A stretch of DNA of 64,000 nt from NCBI GenBank assembly GCA_964252035.1, contig OZ176207.1. One strand, given 5' to 3'. A program made the position numbers and the translations under genes. The notes below the pieces were generated by a model, which worked only from the letters and a program-made list of their open reading frames with translations, searched no databases and was not told the DNA's origin. Of this stretch, positions 58,903 to 64,000 are shown piece after piece (the first letter of the stretch is position 1; every line of letters begins with the position of its first letter). This DNA comes from Podarcis erhardii (Eukaryota).

Positions 58903-59816
58903 CTGAGAAATATTAATCACTAAGAATTAGTCACAGAAGTAAGCCACTATTATTTACAGTATCATTGTAGTGTTGATCTGACAAAGTCTTTACGGGCAGT
59001 TTTCTATACATTAAAGATGTTGAACATTCACTCATGTTGATAATGTACTCTTTTGATATGTTAATGAGATGAAGATCCCAAAAGCAGCAATTGGAAGGCA
59101 ATTTAAGCAAGCCAACTTTAGTATGCTATTTTGCCATGTCACTGTACATTACTCTTCTTATGCTCCATGACTTTGGTGTTTGGAACCGAGTATGATATAT
59201 ATCTGATCTGAACCGAGTATGATATGATATATATTATTACAATGATAATATTCCAGTTTTGCAGTCAGCTCAGGATTATCTATGAACTGAGGCAATTCTG
59301 TGTTGTTTTTTAAAAAACAAAAACATTTATACTGCACTGTAGAGGAACCTGCTTTGTTAGAACCCAATAAAACACTGGTTTTCAAATTGCATCCTATGCA
59401 ACTCTTCCCCACTACAACTACAGATCTCCCCTATGCAGTATCCAACTGTAGGCCAGCACTAGTTGTTCAAGGATGCAACAGTCTTACAGAGGAATAACGA
59501 GGCCAATACAGATCCAGGCAGGGTTCTTATAACATACTCCAAAATCTTCTGGATTGTACAAGGTTTTCTAGTCAGATGTAGAGATTGCCTTGGCAGATAA
59601 GTCAATATGGACAGGCTCTCTGAAGTCAGAATGCTTAAAAAAACCCTACTGAATTCATGCAATCCTAAAACTGCATACTCAGAGATATGAGTAAGATCAT
59701 AAAATTAAAGGTAGATCTCCTTTCAGCTCAAAAATGTCTGATGGGAGACTGCATATATGGTGTACCAAATATGGACAATATTATTCTGAATCAACCCTTA
59801 TTTTCTTCACGATTAC

Positions 59817-60494
59817 CTTCAGGTTGGGATGACTCTTCTGATTTATCATCATCATCAAGTTTTTCTTCTTCATCATCTTCTGAACCTTTCTCAGAAATAG
59901 ATTTTGGCTCTACCTCTGTGCTCAATTCCATGTCCTTTATTTCACATTTAACAGGACCAGCCTCAGCCTCAGCCTCATATTCCTCCTTATCACTTTTTCC
60001 TGCAGTATCTGTTGCATCTTCCTCCTCTTTACTATCAGACTCCTCTTTGGCTGTTTTCTCAGGTCCTTCCAGTTTAACTTCAGCTTGTTCTGCAGACTTT
60101 TCATCTTGTGCTGGTGTGGATGGGATAACAGAGGCTGTCTGGCTACAGCAGACACCCAATGGGTTTAACAAAGTACTCAGATTACCTCCACCCCTGTTTT
60201 GAGCAAAGTTTTTATGAGAATCAAGAAAAGAAAGTTCAGGGTCATTCAGGATATGATAATCTGTCCTGCTGACTCCATGTTTAGCAGCACCAATCAGTAA
60301 ATCTTTGTCATGTTTGCCACATTCCCACCACTCTGGCAGATCCAAGCTTGGCTGACACAGTTTTAACTTTTCCACCAATTGTGGATGATGGAGAACCTGC
60401 TCTCGGACTTTCCGCAAGAGCTCAATGCGATACAAAGTTCGAGAAGCACGTTCCTCAGTGATTGGTTCAATCACAGTAGAAAGATCAGGGGGTT
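59817..60494 (-). CDS. CHD7: CHD7 coding exon (exon 31 equivalent)
   Basis: ctatag|AA CCC CCT GAT...CCT GAA G|gtaatc; [21 protein letters not shown]...[19 protein letters not shown]...[17 protein letters not shown]; 678 bp. Confidence 0.97.
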
Positions 60495-61322
60495 CTATAG
60501 GAAAAGAGATAAATAAGTAGATATTAGGAAGATTTAAAAAATACTACATTTTACTCAACAAAAGGGGGGGGGAGAACCCTAAAAATAACTGACCTGCGTT
60601 TTCTTAAATATCTTGCTAAGATCTCTAATTTAAGGTACTTGAACTCAAATACCCCAGATCACTGGGTCAGCTGCTAAGAAATTATGGAATAATTGTGAAC
60701 ATTCCAAGTGCTCAATAGTTTTTAAGAAGTGTCAACACTAGGTCCAAATGGCCTGGTGGGGGAGGTAAAGCAGAGAAGAGTGGACTGTAGCATTAGTTAT
60801 CTATGAGTGAGTAAGATACTTCTTTCGCTTTTTTTGTTATCTCAGTGGCGGACAAAAAAAGGACACAAACGGCAACAAAGACAGGAAAATTTATCCAACA
60901 AACAAGTAAGCAAGAGAAAGATTACTAAGTAACTTAGAACAACAAAGACAGGAGTTAAAGAGGATTCAGCTGACTAACAGAGAACAAAACAGGGAGAGTT
61001 GGGAGGGTCAAGCTGCTCTGTCCAGGCAGGAGGGAAAAAATGAGGAGCTATCTACTTCCCACAATTCTTTGCTCCTGCCTGAGTCTCGTGCAAGAGGAAC
61101 AGACCAATCCAAATACTTCATCTTCCACACATTAGGATTTTTATATACTTTCTACATTTGAATGAATACCTGTGTGTGTGCGTGAATTGAAAAGAGTGAG
61201 TATATGTGAAAGGGAAACAAACATAGAAGATGTATTTAAAATATCCGCTTGCATCTTTGTTTGGAACTTGTCTCAGTTTATAACTTTCCATTTATTAGAG
61301 TTATAGCTATCAGCAAACCTAC

Positions 61323-61531
61323 CTTCATCTGGCTTGGATGGCATTCGGCACACTCGCCTGCACATAGCTACAAAGCAATTGAAGTACTTCTCTAAACTTT
61401 CATCAGACTTCTTATCAAGTCTGGCAAAGGCTCTGAACTGGTTCCAATCAAACTGCTGCTTTATAGGGTCAAAAATAACCCCAAAAGTAGACACAACACG
61501 ATAAAAATCTGCTTCCTCTCTTCTTGTCCAT
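61323..61531 (-). CDS. CHD7: CHD7 coding exon (exon 30 equivalent, SANT-like region)
   Basis: ttccag|A TGG ACA AGA...GAT GAA G|gtaggt; [69 protein letters not shown]; 209 bp. Confidence 0.97.
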
Positions 61532-61683
61532 CTGGAAAAAGGAAGAGATTAGCATGTCAGGACACATCTAAGAGCTTTTCACACCCCAATTTGATACCAG
61601 ATACCAGGATCTATTTCAAAGAAAATGAGCGATGTTGCAAGCAGATGCTCATTTCTATGAGAACGAAGCCTAAAGAAACTTAC

Positions 61684-61912
61684 TTTTGACGTTTTTCTGT
61701 TATTATAGCTTCTCTTTCAGCTTCTAATGCTCTCACTTCTTCACGAGGTCGTCGACGGCGTCGGTCAGTCTTCATTAGCGCCTCTTGCCTCATTTGTTGC
61801 CTTTTATAGCTACGCTGATAGGCAGTAATGAGGCGGCGCAAGCGGGTAGTCAGGGTTGAAGTGTTAGGCCAGTAGAGTTGGCCAAAATCAGCATTGCTTT
61901 CACTGTGCTTGC
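61684..61912 (-). CDS. CHD7: CHD7 coding exon (exon 29 equivalent)
   Basis: ctgtag|GC AAG CAC...CGT CAA AA|gtaagt; [75 protein letters not shown]; 229 bp. Confidence 0.96.
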
Positions 61913-62144
61913 CTACAGAATATTAGCAAAGCTAATATTAGACATTTGTAATTATAGTCAAATGCTAATTTGCTATATATGAAAAGCACATTGAGTTTAA
62001 AACCCCACAAATCAAATATCTAACACTGAAGTCCTCTTAAGATGAATTCTCAAACATTTATGTCTTGAACTTCACTATTGTGAACAACACACTCAGTGAA
62101 GTTCTGGTGACAACACACAGCTAAAATGGTTATCCCTCTCCAAA

Positions 62145-62148
<4 letters not shown>

Positions 62149-62194
<46 letters not shown>

Positions 62195-62481
62195 TTATTA
62201 TTTATACCCCGCCCATCTGGCTGGGTTTCCCCAGCCACTCTGGGCGGCTTCCAACTGAATATTAAAAACAGTACAGCATCAGACATTAAAAACTTCCCTA
62301 AAGAGGGCTGCCTTCAGTTGTCTTTTAAAAGTAAAATAGTTGTTTATTGCTTTGACATCTGCTGGGAGGGCGTTCCACAGGGCAGGCGCCACTACCGAGA
62401 AGGCCCTCTGCCTGGTTCCCTGTAACCTTACTTCTCGCAATGAGGGAACCGCCAGAAGGCCCTCGGCGCTGGACCTCAGTG
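62149..62481 (-). mobile_element. L2 LINE 3' end with (TTA)n tail, in CHD7 intron 28
   Basis: LRSSAEGLLAVPSLREVRLQGTRQRAFSVVAPALWNALP...FKRQLKAALF, followed by the conserved 3' stem and ~15 triplet repeats. Confidence 0.85.
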
Positions 62482-62709
62482 TTATAGCTTTGGCTCTGCC
62501 ACTACACATATCCCATTATGTAACCCAACTGAATAAAGCATATACAAAGCAACAGTATATGTAGGTGGCAAATTATTACAAAAAAGATATAAAGCCATTA
62601 ATTTTTCTGAAAATTAAAGCACAAAAAGTTGGTCCCTTGTGTACCACAATCTACATTAGATAATATGTGCATTATTAACACTTCTCCCTCACCCCATTCC
62701 CAGGCTTAC

Positions 62710-62761
62710 TTGTGTGGAGCTCTATGGATTCTTCCTTGTCAGAAGGAGAGTTTGCAAATTC
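62710..62761 (-). CDS. CHD7: CHD7 coding exon (exon 28 equivalent)
   Basis: ctaaag|GAA TTT GCA AAC...CAC ACA A|gtaagc; EFANSPSDKEESIELHT; 52 bp (human 58 bp as recalled), frame preserved. Confidence 0.92.
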
Positions 62762-62986
62762 CTTTAGAAAAAAAGAGTGTTACTTCAGCATTTGTTTTTC
62801 AAAAAATTAGCTTTGAGGAAGCAGAGGAAATGACCTTTCAAAAAGCTGAAAATAAATTTTTGTTACACACAAGAACATTACATGAGACAATACATTAATA
62901 TTTCAAATAACCTTTCTTCAAATATTACACATTAATAAAAATTACACATTAATAAAAAAAATGTATTAGCATGTCAAGATCCTTAC

Positions 62987-63059
62987 ATCAATTTCATCTT
63001 TGAATGGAGTCCTGGTTGGTTTATATTCTGGATCTTCATCTTCTCTATCAAAATCACCC
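62987..63059 (-). CDS. CHD7: CHD7 coding exon (exon 27 equivalent)
   Basis: ctgtag|G GGT GAT TTT...ATT GAT|gtaagg; [24 protein letters not shown]; 73 bp, phases match both neighbours. Confidence 0.95.
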
Positions 63060-63355
63060 CTACAGGAAATATGATGGGGGGGGGGGAGAAACACAACTAT
63101 CAGAGCTAAAGAACAAATCCTTTCCAAACCTTATTATGCAGTATCATGAGGGACAATGTTAAATGACCAAAAAAGCTTCTTAATGTCTAATTATATATCC
63201 ATTAAAATGAATCCCAAACTTGCTTTTTAACTACTTCATATATATGGAAACACTGTTATAAGAAAGAGAATCCTCAAATGTGATGCAATAGGTGAAGCCA
63301 GGCCAGTATTTATGATAGTGTTGTAAAGTTTATTAAATTTTTATAATGTCCTTAC

Positions 63356-63485
63356 CCATCACCACCATCTGTTAATATATCTGTTCCTCTCTGCTCAGCA
63401 GCTATGGCCTTGGCATCAGGCATACCAACACGTTCCAGGAAACAGAGAGTGGAGTCGGCTCTCATTGAATTGTACTTCTCATAGC
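63356..63485 (-). CDS. CHD7: CHD7 coding exon (human exon 26 equivalent)
   Basis: tgcag|GC TAT GAG...GAT GG|gtaagg; encodes [42 protein letters not shown]; 130 bp. Confidence 0.96.
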
Positions 63486-64000
63486 CTGCACCCAGACAGA
63501 AAAACACACCAAGCACCCACAAGTATGAACAAAATAGCTCCATGAGAATGACACTTTTATGCTGATGAAGAACGAGAAAACTAAATTTCTACTTTTCCGT
63601 TCCCATTACATACAAGAATGTGTGAAGACAAGTTCTACTTCCACATTTCTACTTCCTTTCATTACAAACAAGAATGTGCCATATACCTGTGGAAAGTATG
63701 GAGACATTAAAGATTTCCAGGCAGTGTTTGGCTGGGTGAGTGGGCAAGAAAGGCAGAAAAATGGGAGCAGTAGCCATGCACAAAGCTTTTTATTAGTTAC
63801 CCTTTCACCTCTAGATTTAACATCCCCCAACTCACCTTTCTTTCAATGGTACTAGCCCTATTTAAACTGGCACTTACAGTTGGAAATGCATACATGGGAA
63901 AATACGTAAGGCCAGCAAACCTGTCTTATTTGGTTTAGGATGATGCATGTCAGTAAGATGACACCGTTCCCTCCATGGTTTTCAAACTGCTGTTTACTTT

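Noticed and set aside
1-64000. CRISPR arrays, prophage or endogenous viral ORFs, NUMTs
   Set aside because: No repeat-spacer arrays and no viral or mitochondrial motifs seen; the sequence is vertebrate intron and intergenic DNA.

Overview
Vertebrate genomic DNA, most likely from a lacertid lizard (inferred from the repeat content: Sauria/Squam1 SINEs, Bov-B, squamate L2/CR1, Neptune-type Penelope). About 46.4-63.5 kb holds the 3' part of CHD7 on the minus strand: 13 coding exons equivalent to human exons 26-38 (numbering and lengths recalled from the human gene), an unbroken reading frame across all junctions, a stop at 47370-47372 and a single AATAAA at 46475-46480. About 1-46 kb is gene-free DNA downstream of CHD7, in which TE-poor, motif-dense blocks (candidate enhancers) alternate with TE-rich blocks. 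Most notable: (1) a young fold-back Penelope-like element in CHD7 intron 34 with ~447-bp inverted arms, each carrying a minimal hammerhead ribozyme, plus a separate 182-bp mini-copy; (2) a complete, TSD-flanked 2.1-kb L1-derived one-ORF (HAL1-like) element nested in a Tc1-derived non-autonomous element; (3) a GC-AG intron in CHD7; (4) a composite DR2 retinoic-acid-response-like element; (5) Ala/Thr homopolymer tracts in the last CHD7 exon. No CRISPR array, rRNA, true tRNA or viral ORF was seen. All family assignments are by eye and recall; no database search was run.
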